From the NCBI GenBank assembly GCA_002256485.1, contig NNSG01000001.1, positions 64,017 to 128,016 on the forward strand: a DNA stretch of 64,000 nucleotides, written 5' to 3'. Below the pieces are notes generated by a model. It ran no database searches, was not told the origin of the DNA, and worked only from the letters and a program-made list of their open reading frames with translations. The DNA is from Fidelibacterota bacterium 408169. Its GTDB lineage: Bacteria; Fidelibacterota; Marinisomatia; Marinisomatales; TCS55. Below, piece by piece: positions 41,001 to 50,862 of this stretch. The translations under genes were made by a program, and so were the position numbers. Every line of letters starts with the position of its first letter. Position 1 is the stretch's first letter.

Positions 41001-41590
41001 TGTTTTTCAGCTCTGAATAAATAAATCCCATCACTACCTTCTTCGTATGTTTCCATCATAGCATTAGCGAATCCGGCATTATTTAATACGTCAATTACTT
41101 TTTTTGGATTTGAAAGTGGCCCTTCTCCATGTCCGCAGGAGTCATCGGAAACGATTTCGTCACTTATTATTAAACGCCCCTGTGGTTTAAGCACACGTAA
41201 TATTTCTGCAAGTCCATTTTTATAATCATTCCAATGATGGATTGAATTAATGGCAGTGCAGATTGTTTTTGTATTTCTTTCAATGGGTAATACTTCAGCG
41301 GATCCTCTCATGAATTTTATATTAGGAATTTCATTGGAAGTTTGTTTTTTTGCGATGTGAATCATTGCGGGAGTTGGGTCAATACCTATAATCGTTCCAT
41401 CTGTAATAATTTTTGCGGCTTCTCTGCAAGCTGTACCACTTCCACAACCGATATCTATAAAATCATCGTCTGCTTTTAAATCAGCAAGCCTAATCGTCAT
41501 GGCATTAGAAATGTGGTTGCCATATTTTTCAGCATACCATTTTGCATTTTTATCATCCCAAATAGGTTTACTATTATGTTCGGTTGTCAT
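40997..41590 (-). CDS. Class I SAM-dependent methyltransferase
   Basis: IDIGCGSG, RGSAEVLP, RVLKPQGRL. Confidence 0.9.
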   Translation of the reverse strand: MTTEHNSKPIWDDKNAKWYAEKYGNHISNAMTIRLADLKADDDFIDIGCGSGTACREAAKIITDGTIIGIDPTPAMIHIAKKQTSNEIPNIKFMRGSAEVLPIERNTKTICTAINSIHHWNDYKNGLAEILRVLKPQGRLIISDEIVSDDSCGHGEGPLSNPKKVIDVLNNAGFANAMMETYEEGSDGIYLFRAEKH

Positions 41591-42507
41591 GATTGTTTCT
41601 TGTTAATCAAATAGACCGCAAACATTGATAGTAAACTACCGATTGTAATAGAAACGGTCAATTCTTCATTCAAGAAAATGATTGCAAATAACATGGCTGT
41701 AACAGGAACTGTGAAAATAAACGCACTGGCTTGTTGAGGTCCTAATCGGACGGATGCCAGAAAATACACAGTTGTTGCAAATGCCATTGCTCCAATGGCC
41801 AATAACATCATATTCAACCAAAATATCCAATCAAAATGAAATACAGATAATAAAGGTTGATCCAAAGAAATAAGCAGACTCATTAAACTTGCTAATCCAA
41901 AGTTCCAAAAGCTGTAAGGAATAAAATGAATAAAATCTTTTGAACGGGATGTAATAATGGTAACTGCTGCCCAAGATAATGATGCCAAGATGAAAAATAT
42001 ATTGCCGCTTTGGAACAGGAGGTAAATATCCATTTTCCATATTTCCATTATCATGCCACCGCCAATAAATCCAAGAAGCAATCCGATTATATCTTTTTTT
42101 ATAATAGGTAATTTGTATAATAATGCTGCGAGTATCGTTGTATTGATGGGATTGAGAGTTGTGACCAAAACTCCTCCAGCCCCAGCTAATCCGATTTGAG
42201 TACCTTTGAAATAAAAATAATTGTAAGATGTCAAAAATAGAGAATTCAAAGCGATAAATCGTAATCCTTTACTATTTATGCTGAAACTGTTTTTTGTAAA
42301 GTAAACAATGGGTGCGAAAGAGAGTGTTGCAAAGACGAAGCGCCAAAACATCATGAGAGGAGCATCTCCATACAATCCCAAAATTTTGGCATTCGTCCAT
42401 GATAATCCCCAAACAGCCATGGCGATAAGTGTGAAAATATAAAGCGAATAATGAGGATGTTGCCTATTCATGAACGGGGAAGTTACTTTAGATTCGTTTT
42501 TCGCCAA
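41587..42507 (-). CDS. DMT/EamA-family transporter
   Basis: About 10 TM helices; WGLSW, FWRF, duplicated EamA pattern. Confidence 0.88.
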   Translation of the reverse strand: MAKNESKVTSPFMNRQHPHYSLYIFTLIAMAVWGLSWTNAKILGLYGDAPLMMFWRFVFATLSFAPIVYFTKNSFSINSKGLRFIALNSLFLTSYNYFYFKGTQIGLAGAGGVLVTTLNPINTTILAALLYKLPIIKKDIIGLLLGFIGGGMIMEIWKMDIYLLFQSGNIFFILASLSWAAVTIITSRSKDFIHFIPYSFWNFGLASLMSLLISLDQPLLSVFHFDWIFWLNMMLLAIGAMAFATTVYFLASVRLGPQQASAFIFTVPVTAMLFAIIFLNEELTVSITIGSLLSMFAVYLINKKQS

Positions 42508-42582
42508 TCTAAAATGCGCATGAAAATATTTATTTTATAGTTGAAATAGTTGCAGTGATTTCAATACGAAAACTATAAGATA

Positions 42583-43710
42583 CTATTCAAGAACATGAAT
42601 ATTATTTTCAGAACAAATTTCCTTTAACTTTTTTGGCCAAACTGTTACACTGACTTCACCCAAGTGGGCTTTTCGTAGAAGATACATATACGTTCTGGAT
42701 TGTCCAATTCCTCCTCCGATTGATAGGGGAATTTCATCATTTAATATCGCCTGATGGTAGGGGAGATTAAGATCATCTTCTTGTCCGGATAATTTCATTT
42801 GTTCTACGAGAGTTTCTTTCGTAACGCGTATTCCCATAGACGTTAATTCATGACGTCTTTTTGTTACCGGATTCCAAACAAGAATATCACCGTTTAAGCC
42901 GTGGGTCTTTTTACCTTTAGTGGAAACAGTTTCCGTAATCCAATCATCGTAATCAGCAGCGCGCATTTCATGGGGAAAACCATCATCCAATACGGATCCG
43001 ATTCCTATAATAAAAACAGCAGGATATTCTTGGATAATTTTCGTTTCCCGTTGTTTTCTTGGAAGGTCTGGATACATTTCCAGTATTTCTTCTGCATGAA
43101 TAAATGTTAATTCTGCAGGTATATCCATGTATTGATCTGTTTTTAATTGAGGGAATTCTTCTTGCGCATATCTTCCTGCTTCGTAAATCACGTTCCATAT
43201 TTTTTTAACGGTTTTTGTCAAATAATCCAATGTACGATCATTTTCTGTAATTACTTTTTCCCAATCCCATTGATCAACGTATGAACTATGATCATGATCC
43301 AGAAAATAATCTTTTCGAACAGCTTTCATATCTGTACACAATCCTTCATGAACTTTACAATCGAATTGTTTTAGTGCCATCCGTTTCCATTTTGTTGCAG
43401 CTTGGACAACTTGTGCCTTGATACGTTTTTCTAACCCTAACCCACAGGGAAATTCAACAGGTGTTCTTGATCCGTCCCTATCCAGCATATCATTTACACC
43501 GCTGTCTTTGTCAACGATTAGAGGTACTTGCACCATTTGCATATTTAATGCTTCGCAAAGATGTTTTTCAATATAGTTTTTTACATTATACACTGCACGC
43601 ATAGTTCCCATCGGTGTTAATAACGAAGAATAGTTTTTTGGTAATTGAGCTGCTACGTCATTGTAATTTCCAATTCCCGGTCCGGCTAGATCTGCTTGTT
43701 TATTATTCAT
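42583..43710 (-). CDS. asnA: Aspartate--ammonia ligase
   Basis: QAATKWKR, HSSYVDQWDWE, RAADYDDW, GLNGDI, SMGIRV, SIGGGIGQSR; GGAGA precedes ATG 43710. Confidence 0.95.
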   Translation of the reverse strand: MNNKQADLAGPGIGNYNDVAAQLPKNYSSLLTPMGTMRAVYNVKNYIEKHLCEALNMQMVQVPLIVDKDSGVNDMLDRDGSRTPVEFPCGLGLEKRIKAQVVQAATKWKRMALKQFDCKVHEGLCTDMKAVRKDYFLDHDHSSYVDQWDWEKVITENDRTLDYLTKTVKKIWNVIYEAGRYAQEEFPQLKTDQYMDIPAELTFIHAEEILEMYPDLPRKQRETKIIQEYPAVFIIGIGSVLDDGFPHEMRAADYDDWITETVSTKGKKTHGLNGDILVWNPVTKRRHELTSMGIRVTKETLVEQMKLSGQEDDLNLPYHQAILNDEIPLSIGGGIGQSRTYMYLLRKAHLGEVSVTVWPKKLKEICSENNIHVLE

Positions 43711-43768
43711 GAGTGAATCTCCGTAATTGAGGTTTCGCATTTAGTTTGTTTTTAAAATATTCAAAATT

Positions 43769-44116
43769 TTATACCCACCAAAATGTACCAATCTTTCGGC
43801 TGGTGCGGATGTAAATTATCCAAAATGTTCCAAGAAGTATTAAATTAATCCAACCATTAAAGGAAGTAATCATTTTCAATGTAAATGGCCAAATAAGGAG
43901 TATCTCTCCCCAAAAATTGTAGTATAAACCAGTTATGAAATGTATGAGCCAAATAATCATAAATGTATATGTCAAAACTTTACCTTCGTAGATATCCATT
44001 CGCCACATGCGACAATTTGGACATCGCAGGGCTGTTGTGATTATTTCAGATTTACACCAATAACATGTATTGTGTGATTTATCCGAATGTATATCCTTCT
44101 GGTAAATCTGTTTCAT
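43769..44116 (-). CDS. Hypothetical membrane protein with N-terminal zinc ribbon
   Basis: CYWC...RCPNC followed by hydrophobic segments; start uncertain (overlaps the next gene). Confidence 0.55.
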   Translation of the reverse strand: MKQIYQKDIHSDKSHNTCYWCKSEIITTALRCPNCRMWRMDIYEGKVLTYTFMIIWLIHFITGLYYNFWGEILLIWPFTLKMITSFNGWINLILLGTFWIIYIRTSRKIGTFWWV

Positions 44117-44672
44117 TTGCTTCTTCCGGTACCCATGAAAGGTCTAGAATTGTGAAAGTGGGATTTGTTGTATTGAAAATTGGAATTACCTTCATACCAA
44201 TCTTCGGTTCTCCAACAGAGAGATATCCCATCAATATTGTAGGAACTCCTTCAAACTCTACATTAACAAACCGTATTGGTTTTGGTAGTGTATTGAATGC
44301 TCCGGTGCGTTCAGTAATCATGAATGTATGAACAGTTGCTCCTTTTTGAGCAGTTTCGGTCATATCTACAATTGTATTTTTACTCAAGCAATCCGGGCAA
44401 TGAATTCTGAATGGAATAAAGATTGATCCATTTGCTTCGCAATTAGAATTATCACAGCGAGTACCTAAAAGTTTTCCTTGGCCTAACCCTTCAAAAAATG
44501 GAGCTTCACCCCCATACATATGAACATGAGTTAAATCACGAGGGTTGGTAACGCCCATTAATTCACCATCTTCATTTCGGATTGGTTCATTAGGATATCC
44601 GTAATGAAATTTCCCCTCAAAGCGATAACGTCCGTTTTCAACTTTTACTGTTCCACGATCATTTGTATTCAT
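44079..44672 (-). CDS. DUF35-type Zn-ribbon/OB-fold protein
   Basis: FFEGLGQGKLLGTRC...HCPDC, OB-fold C-terminus; ATGA overlap with the thiolase-fold gene. Confidence 0.85.
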   Translation of the reverse strand: MNTNDRGTVKVENGRYRFEGKFHYGYPNEPIRNEDGELMGVTNPRDLTHVHMYGGEAPFFEGLGQGKLLGTRCDNSNCEANGSIFIPFRIHCPDCLSKNTIVDMTETAQKGATVHTFMITERTGAFNTLPKPIRFVNVEFEGVPTILMGYLSVGEPKIGMKVIPIFNTTNPTFTILDLSWVPEEANETDLPEGYTFG

Positions 44673-46096
44673 GATTCAGTCCTTTCTAATTGGTGGTCCG
44701 GGTGAACCAGAATTGTTGCGGTTACATGTGATCCCACTCCAGCATGGCTGATAGCTAACCCGCGTTTCGCGCCATCGACTTGTAAATTAGTCCAGTCATC
44801 CGGTTTAGATCGGCCGAAAAGATCCCATTTTGATTGATCTTCGTGCATTTCTGCCCAACGTCCCCAAATATGCTGTCCCACTTCTATGGTCTGCATAATT
44901 CCGGTTGCGCCCACGGCATGCATATTGCCAATTAATCCTCCTGATAAATTAGAAGGCAGTTTTCCAGGTTCACCAGTTTTTGGATTTGTAAGATAACAAT
45001 CTCCCGATTCAACATAGGTTCTACCTTCACCGTAGGGACGGATTCCAATATCTTCATATGTTTGTATATCACTTATGGTAAATGCATCATGCAATTCCAC
45101 GAGGTCAAAATCTTCAGTGGGATCAATAACACCTGCCATTCTATATCCATAATACGCTGCCATTCTTGCTGCCAGAAATCCGGTAAATCCTGGATAACGA
45201 TCGCCACCAGGAAATCGATCACCTAAATCTTTATATTGATCTGGTGATTCATTGGGTAATAATGGTATTTCCATATCTCTGCGATCTGCGACGCGTAATG
45301 TATGACTGCCTGCAGCAACATGAATCTCTAATGGATTATCTGTCAATTCATTGGCTGTTTTTTCATCACATAGAATTGCACAAGCTGCACCGACACTCAT
45401 TAGACAGCAATCCAACGCTCGAAGAGGGTAGGCGACAACAGGTGAGTTTATTACATCATCCACAGTTATATCCATGGGGCCTTGAGCATGGGGATTCATA
45501 CGGGCATAGCCGCGGTTTTTAACAGCGATTTCAGCCATGGTTTGACGAAATGAATCTTCTTTTTTACCGAACACTTGCCAATATTTTTGAGCCATGACAG
45601 CATAATATCCCGTATAAATATGACCTAAAGGTGTTTCCCAATCTTTATCTGCCGCAGAAGCAATATAATTATTGCCTTCATCTGTTGGAACTTCATCCAT
45701 TCGTTCCCAACCCATAGCCAGAACACAATCTGAATATCCTGATGCAACTGCTTTGAACGCTTCCCAAAGAGTGGATCCGCCCGTTGCTCCACCTGTTTTA
45801 ATACCCACATTTCCCAATGGATCTAATCCAAGTCTGTCATGTATGACAGATTCACCTAAAAGCTGGTCACCAAAATGATCTGCAAAGTGACCATAGTAGC
45901 ATGAATGGATGTACTCTTTGAGTTCAGCGGGAGATTTATCTATAAATTCTGCTGCTTCAACAAATGCATCAATGACCAGTTCTTCCGTACGTTTTTCCGG
46001 AATTGAGCGGCCGAATTTTGACATTCCACCGGTAACAAGATAAACAGGTCTTTGCATTTTAGGAGTTTTTAGTTGGCGTTTACTAAATTTGATCAT
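44669..46096 (-). CDS. SCP2/Ltp2-type thiolase-fold protein lacking the nucleophilic Cys
   Basis: ELHDAF, NLSGGLIGNMHAVGATG; KTGGATGG at the position of the (E/N)xACASG motif. Confidence 0.85.
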   Translation of the reverse strand: MIKFSKRQLKTPKMQRPVYLVTGGMSKFGRSIPEKRTEELVIDAFVEAAEFIDKSPAELKEYIHSCYYGHFADHFGDQLLGESVIHDRLGLDPLGNVGIKTGGATGGSTLWEAFKAVASGYSDCVLAMGWERMDEVPTDEGNNYIASAADKDWETPLGHIYTGYYAVMAQKYWQVFGKKEDSFRQTMAEIAVKNRGYARMNPHAQGPMDITVDDVINSPVVAYPLRALDCCLMSVGAACAILCDEKTANELTDNPLEIHVAAGSHTLRVADRRDMEIPLLPNESPDQYKDLGDRFPGGDRYPGFTGFLAARMAAYYGYRMAGVIDPTEDFDLVELHDAFTISDIQTYEDIGIRPYGEGRTYVESGDCYLTNPKTGEPGKLPSNLSGGLIGNMHAVGATGIMQTIEVGQHIWGRWAEMHEDQSKWDLFGRSKPDDWTNLQVDGAKRGLAISHAGVGSHVTATILVHPDHQLERTES

Positions 46097-46266
46097 AATA
46101 AATCTCTTTTAATGTAAGTGTGAGTAAGTGGGTGGAAATCATTTAGTTAATTGCTTCATATAATTTATAAGAAAAATTACAAAAAGGACATGACATAGAT
46201 AAATAAAAAAAGAAGATAAACTGGGATTATTTTATTTTCTAATCCCTATGAATGGATAAAACTAAT

Positions 46267-47028
46267 TCAATCTGTCCATGAGGGTAAGCGTTTTTCAAGA
46301 AATGCAGATAAGCCTTCCTGTCCTTCTTCTGAAGCGCGTAAATCAGCTAATACTTCTGCAGAATTAATTTCGTCCATATTTCTGCAATATTCTTTGAATT
46401 CTGATACGGCTTGTGGACTGGCTTTAATTAGTTGTTTAACAATTGAGTTGGTAGTTTTGTCGAGTTCATTTTCTTTAACAGAATAATGAATGAGACCAAT
46501 TTTTTCTGCATATTTTCCATCGAATTGTTCTCCGGAAATACCCAAAGATCTAAAATGAGAATGACCAATTTTCTTAACTGTAAATGGTCCTATTATTCCT
46601 GGGATGATACCTATTAGAATTTCACTTAATGAAAAAATAGTCTTTTCATCAGCTACAACAATATCACACACAGTACACAGACCAAAACCTCCGCCAAAAG
46701 CATGACCGTGTATTTTTCCTACAACTGCTTTTGAACAACGATCAACTGCAAAATACATTTCTTCTAATTTTATTCCTTCATTCACATTTTCATTCCTATT
46801 CATTAAACCAGAATTTTTAATGTGGTGTAGATCTGCACCTGCACAAAATGACTGCCCATTTCCTGAAAGAACAATGATTCGAATTTCCGGATTTCTATCC
46901 AATTCACAGAAAATGTCTGTTATTTCCTGTATCATGATTGAATTCATCGCATTTCGAACTAACGGGCGATTTAATGTTACGGCTGCTAAATTGTCCTGAA
47001 TATTTAAATGTAATGTCTTGTATTTCAT
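46267..47028 (-). CDS. Enoyl-CoA hydratase (methylglutaconyl-CoA hydratase-like)
   Basis: LNRPLVRNAMN, FCAGADL, HGHAFGGGFGL, SEILIGIIP, EGQEGLSAFLEKR. Confidence 0.9.
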   Translation of the reverse strand: MKYKTLHLNIQDNLAAVTLNRPLVRNAMNSIMIQEITDIFCELDRNPEIRIIVLSGNGQSFCAGADLHHIKNSGLMNRNENVNEGIKLEEMYFAVDRCSKAVVGKIHGHAFGGGFGLCTVCDIVVADEKTIFSLSEILIGIIPGIIGPFTVKKIGHSHFRSLGISGEQFDGKYAEKIGLIHYSVKENELDKTTNSIVKQLIKASPQAVSEFKEYCRNMDEINSAEVLADLRASEEGQEGLSAFLEKRLPSWTD

Positions 47029-47103
47029 AAAATGATCCTCACAGTATATATAGAAAAACCCATGGGTATAATTTGCTTTTTTAAATCATGAATATCAAGA
47101 AAT

Positions 47104-47129
47104 AAAAAAGGGTGCAAGATGCACCCTTT
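47104..47129 (-). terminator. Intrinsic terminator downstream of the PPIase gene
   Basis: AAAGGGTGCA-aga-TGCACCCTTT, 10-bp arms, with a T-tract on the minus strand. Confidence 0.8.
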
Positions 47130-47150
47130 AATTACGTAAGCTAGGTAATA

Positions 47151-48995
47151 TCAATAATAATATTTACGATTATCAATGATTTCAGAACCATCTTTTAACT
47201 CTGAAAGCCAGATGTCGAATGCTTCCTGCTGTGCTTTGTTCGTTAATGATGTATAAATATTTACTTCTTTTTTCTGTAAATCCGTTGAATCAACTGGAGC
47301 AACGTCTAACAATCGTATTACTGTATAACCACGAGCTGTTTCTAGTGGCCCTACAACGTTTCCTACATCACTATTCATCAAAGCACCAATGATTCCATAA
47401 CTACGACCTATTGAATTAAATCCCTTTGATAATTTTTTCTTATCTGCAGCTACCAATTCAAGCCTGCCATCATCTGAAACAAGATCCGTTAATGATGCAT
47501 TATCATCAACTTTAGATTTGATTTCTGTCGCTAAAACGAGTGCTGCTGATTTTTGCTTATCTATTGTCAATGTTCTGGATATTTTTCCTTTAACATTTTC
47601 AAAAGGATTTGTTCCTTCAGGGATGATTGAATCCAAGACGGCTATAACGTAAAAATTATCATTTTCTAATCGGTCTGAAACTGTACCAATTTTTGTTTGA
47701 TCATTGAAAGCAAATTGTACGACGTCACGCAAAAATCCAATTCCTCGAACTGATATGGATAAGGATTCCAATTTATCAGCATTTTGTGCTACAATTTGAT
47801 GTGTATCTAATGCTGCTTCAAATCCAAAATCCTGAGCATCATAACTAAACCGTGTTGCTTTACGCCTTAATGATTCACGAGTTTGTGAACCCATGTTTAT
47901 TTCTAATAGAATATGGGATGCATTTATTTCATCTTTTCCATTTGTCTGTCGCGTATCATGAACTTTAATAATATGATATCCAAAGCGACTTAATACAGGG
48001 CCTACAATATCTCCTGCAGTTGCAGAAAAAGCTGCTTCATCAAAGGATGGCACCATTTGGCCTTTTCCAAACCAACCCAAACTCCCACCACGGCCAGAAT
48101 CAGGAGTGACTTGGTTACTCGGGTCTTCTGTCCACTGGTTTGCGAGTTTTGCAAAATCTGAACCGGAATTTACTTTTTCGATAATACTTAGTACTTCTTC
48201 ATACACACGGGTTGTATCATTCTTTTCAGGTGATTTTTTCCAACTGGCGTAACGAATATTCCGTGTTTCGTCTTTTTTGTACTCATCAAGGTGTTCAATA
48301 TAATATTCATATAATTCATCATCTGTAGGCTGGGTAATTTCATCCTGGAGTTTTCGGCCAATGACATGAATACCTTCGATAGTATAATCCACGTTATCCT
48401 TGATATATTGGTTATAAACTTCATCATTGGTAACAACAACGCTTGAAGAGATGTATTGTTGTAGTTTATAATTTGGGATGTATGTATTCTTCATGAATTG
48501 TTCTATCTCCACCCATTCATTCCCTTGTGGATTATTGATAGCTTGTTCATATTTTGCCGGATCAAAAACTCCATCTGTTAAAAAAGTAGGATCTTGTAAA
48601 AGAAACTGTGGCGGATTGTTACGTAGATGATGAAGTACTTCTTCATCTGTAGCAGTTAAACCAATTTCGTCGATTTTTTGATATATTAGGATATCTTGAA
48701 TATAATTATCCCATACTTCATTTCGAATATTGTGTAATAATCGTTCATCCGGATCCTGTCCGCTTGAACGGTATTGTTCAACGCGAATATTAACTGCACG
48801 AATAAATTCATCCGGAGTAATAGTTGTCCCATCGACAACACCTATAGCATCAGCCGGGTTAACACGACCAAAAATCTGATCAATGATGTTTGCACCACCG
48901 ACCAAACCACCGATAGTCATACTTAACAAGAACAGAATGAGCAACGCCCACAAAACCACGTGCATCCGTTCCCGCATAGAAGTCATTAAAGCCAT
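47151..48995 (-). CDS. PpiD/SurA-like peptidyl-prolyl isomerase
   Basis: N-terminal TM, SurA-like domain, parvulin motifs DFAKLA...GGSLGWF...QMVPSFDEAAF...FGYHIIKV. Confidence 0.92.
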   Translation of the reverse strand: MALMTSMRERMHVVLWALLILFLLSMTIGGLVGGANIIDQIFGRVNPADAIGVVDGTTITPDEFIRAVNIRVEQYRSSGQDPDERLLHNIRNEVWDNYIQDILIYQKIDEIGLTATDEEVLHHLRNNPPQFLLQDPTFLTDGVFDPAKYEQAINNPQGNEWVEIEQFMKNTYIPNYKLQQYISSSVVVTNDEVYNQYIKDNVDYTIEGIHVIGRKLQDEITQPTDDELYEYYIEHLDEYKKDETRNIRYASWKKSPEKNDTTRVYEEVLSIIEKVNSGSDFAKLANQWTEDPSNQVTPDSGRGGSLGWFGKGQMVPSFDEAAFSATAGDIVGPVLSRFGYHIIKVHDTRQTNGKDEINASHILLEINMGSQTRESLRRKATRFSYDAQDFGFEAALDTHQIVAQNADKLESLSISVRGIGFLRDVVQFAFNDQTKIGTVSDRLENDNFYVIAVLDSIIPEGTNPFENVKGKISRTLTIDKQKSAALVLATEIKSKVDDNASLTDLVSDDGRLELVAADKKKLSKGFNSIGRSYGIIGALMNSDVGNVVGPLETARGYTVIRLLDVAPVDSTDLQKKEVNIYTSLTNKAQQEAFDIWLSELKDGSEIIDNRKYYY

Positions 48996-49100
48996 AATTG
49001 TCCTATATTTTTCCTTTTATTAATGTAAATAACCTGCAATTTCAATTTTAGAGGCCGGCGAATTTAATTTTCTTACAAAAGGAAACAAAGCACTACCGAC

Positions 49101-50153
49101 ATGAATTATAGTACCGTAAACTTTGTAGTGCAGCAAGTAGTCATAACGCGTCATGGAGGGCCAGAGGTTCTACATGTACGAGAAACAATAGAACCGGAAT
49201 TAAAATCAGGTGATGTACTGATTGATGTGAAGTATAGCGGAATAAATTTTGCAGATATACTCATGCGCATGGGTTTATATCCTTCAGCTCCGAAACCACC
49301 ATTTACACCGGGATATGAAGTCAGTGGCACTATAAGCAAAGTTGGTTCGACTGAAAATGATGATTTACTTGGCAAACCAGTGGCAGCATTAACTAGCTTT
49401 GGCGGGTATTCATCCAAAGTTGTCGTTAATAAAAATCGTTTAATTGCTTTTCCGAACGATATTGATTTTGCAAAAGCAGCAGCCATGCCGGTGATTTATT
49501 TGACTTCTTATGTGATGTTATATCTCCAGGCACATTTACAAAAAAACGAATGGGTGTTAATCCATAACATTGGTGGCGGTGTTGGATTGGCTGCCGCTGA
49601 ATTATCCAAAATAATTGGCGCTAACATTATAGGCACTGCATCAGCTGGTAAACATAATCGACTACGTGAAAAGGGTATTCATCATTTGATTGATTATAAT
49701 ACAGAAGATTTTGTTGAACGTGTAAAAGAAATAACAGAAGGTAATGGCGTTGATGTTATCATAGATCCCATCGGCGGGGAAAATTTGAAAAAAAGTTATA
49801 AAGCACTGGGGACATTTGGCCGATTAGTAGCGTTTGGATTTTCAACGGCTGCAAAAAGTCCCCGCCGAAAAATCCTGCATCTTTTAAAAGAATATAGCAA
49901 GACACCAAAATTCAATCCCATTAAACTGATGGAGCATAATAAGGGAATTTTTGGGTGTCATATGGGTATGGTGATGGATAGGCAGGAACTGATGCAAAAT
50001 TGTATACAGAAATTGATATCCTATTATCAATTGGGCGATATTGATCCACACGTAGACCGAACATTTCCGCTGCAAAAAGTGAAAGATGCTCACCAGTATA
50101 TTATGGACCGCCGAAATTTTGGCAAGGTTCTTTTATCGGTAGATGAACAGTAA
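49101..50153 (+). CDS. MDR-family NADPH:quinone oxidoreductase (VAT-1-like)
   Basis: GINFADILMRMGLYP, PGYEVSG, IHNIGGGVG, GKVLL. Confidence 0.9.
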   Translation: MNYSTVNFVVQQVVITRHGGPEVLHVRETIEPELKSGDVLIDVKYSGINFADILMRMGLYPSAPKPPFTPGYEVSGTISKVGSTENDDLLGKPVAALTSFGGYSSKVVVNKNRLIAFPNDIDFAKAAAMPVIYLTSYVMLYLQAHLQKNEWVLIHNIGGGVGLAAAELSKIIGANIIGTASAGKHNRLREKGIHHLIDYNTEDFVERVKEITEGNGVDVIIDPIGGENLKKSYKALGTFGRLVAFGFSTAAKSPRRKILHLLKEYSKTPKFNPIKLMEHNKGIFGCHMGMVMDRQELMQNCIQKLISYYQLGDIDPHVDRTFPLQKVKDAHQYIMDRRNFGKVLLSVDEQ

Positions 50154-50862
50154 ACATCCCACCGCTGAATCACATCCATTATTACAGGGGAGTGGAGAAA
50201 TAAATGAATTATATCGTGAAGTGGTTAAATGTACAGTTTGTCCTCGCATCGTTGATTTTCGAACTAAAATTGCCAGAGAAAAAAGAAAGCAATTTATGGA
50301 TTGGACGTATTGGGGAAAGGGTGTTCCCGGTTATGGTGATATTCATGGGGAATTATTGCTGGTTGGATTAGCGCCTGCAGCCCATGGAGGCAATCGTACT
50401 GCTCGGGTGTTTACCGGCGATAAATCTGCTGATTTTTTAATCATGTGCCTTCATGAAGCAGGATTAGCCAATCAACCTTACTCTGATTCACTTGATGATG
50501 GTTTGAAATTATATAACACATTTATGACACCTGTTTTGAAATGTGTACCACCTCAAGATAAGCCTACAGCTGAAGAATTACGAACGTGCTCAAATTATTT
50601 TAGTCAAGAGATTGAACTATTGAAAAATATTAAAGTGATTTTAGCATTAGGTAAAATTGCATTTGACGGTTGTTTAAAATATTATCGAGAGTTTTATGAT
50701 TTTAAAATGAAAGATTATCCTTTTGGACATGATGTATCTTATGAAATAGCTAATGGAATTATTTTAAAAGGCTCTTACCACCCCAGTCCAAGAAATGTGA
50801 ATACCGGAAGATTAAATAAAATAATGATGTTAGAACTTTTGAAAAATGTATTTGAGGAATGA
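50143..50862 (+). CDS. Uracil-DNA glycosylase family 5 (UdgB-like, Fe-S)
   Basis: CTVCPR, VGLAPAAHGGNRTARVFTGD, KCVPP, YHPSPRN. Confidence 0.92.
   Translation: MNSKHPTAESHPLLQGSGEINELYREVVKCTVCPRIVDFRTKIAREKRKQFMDWTYWGKGVPGYGDIHGELLLVGLAPAAHGGNRTARVFTGDKSADFLIMCLHEAGLANQPYSDSLDDGLKLYNTFMTPVLKCVPPQDKPTAEELRTCSNYFSQEIELLKNIKVILALGKIAFDGCLKYYREFYDFKMKDYPFGHDVSYEIANGIILKGSYHPSPRNVNTGRLNKIMMLELLKNVFEE

Noticed and set aside
19739-43710. Co-occurrence of asnS and asnA
   Set aside because: This is the ordinary direct asparagine route, and the genes are unlinked
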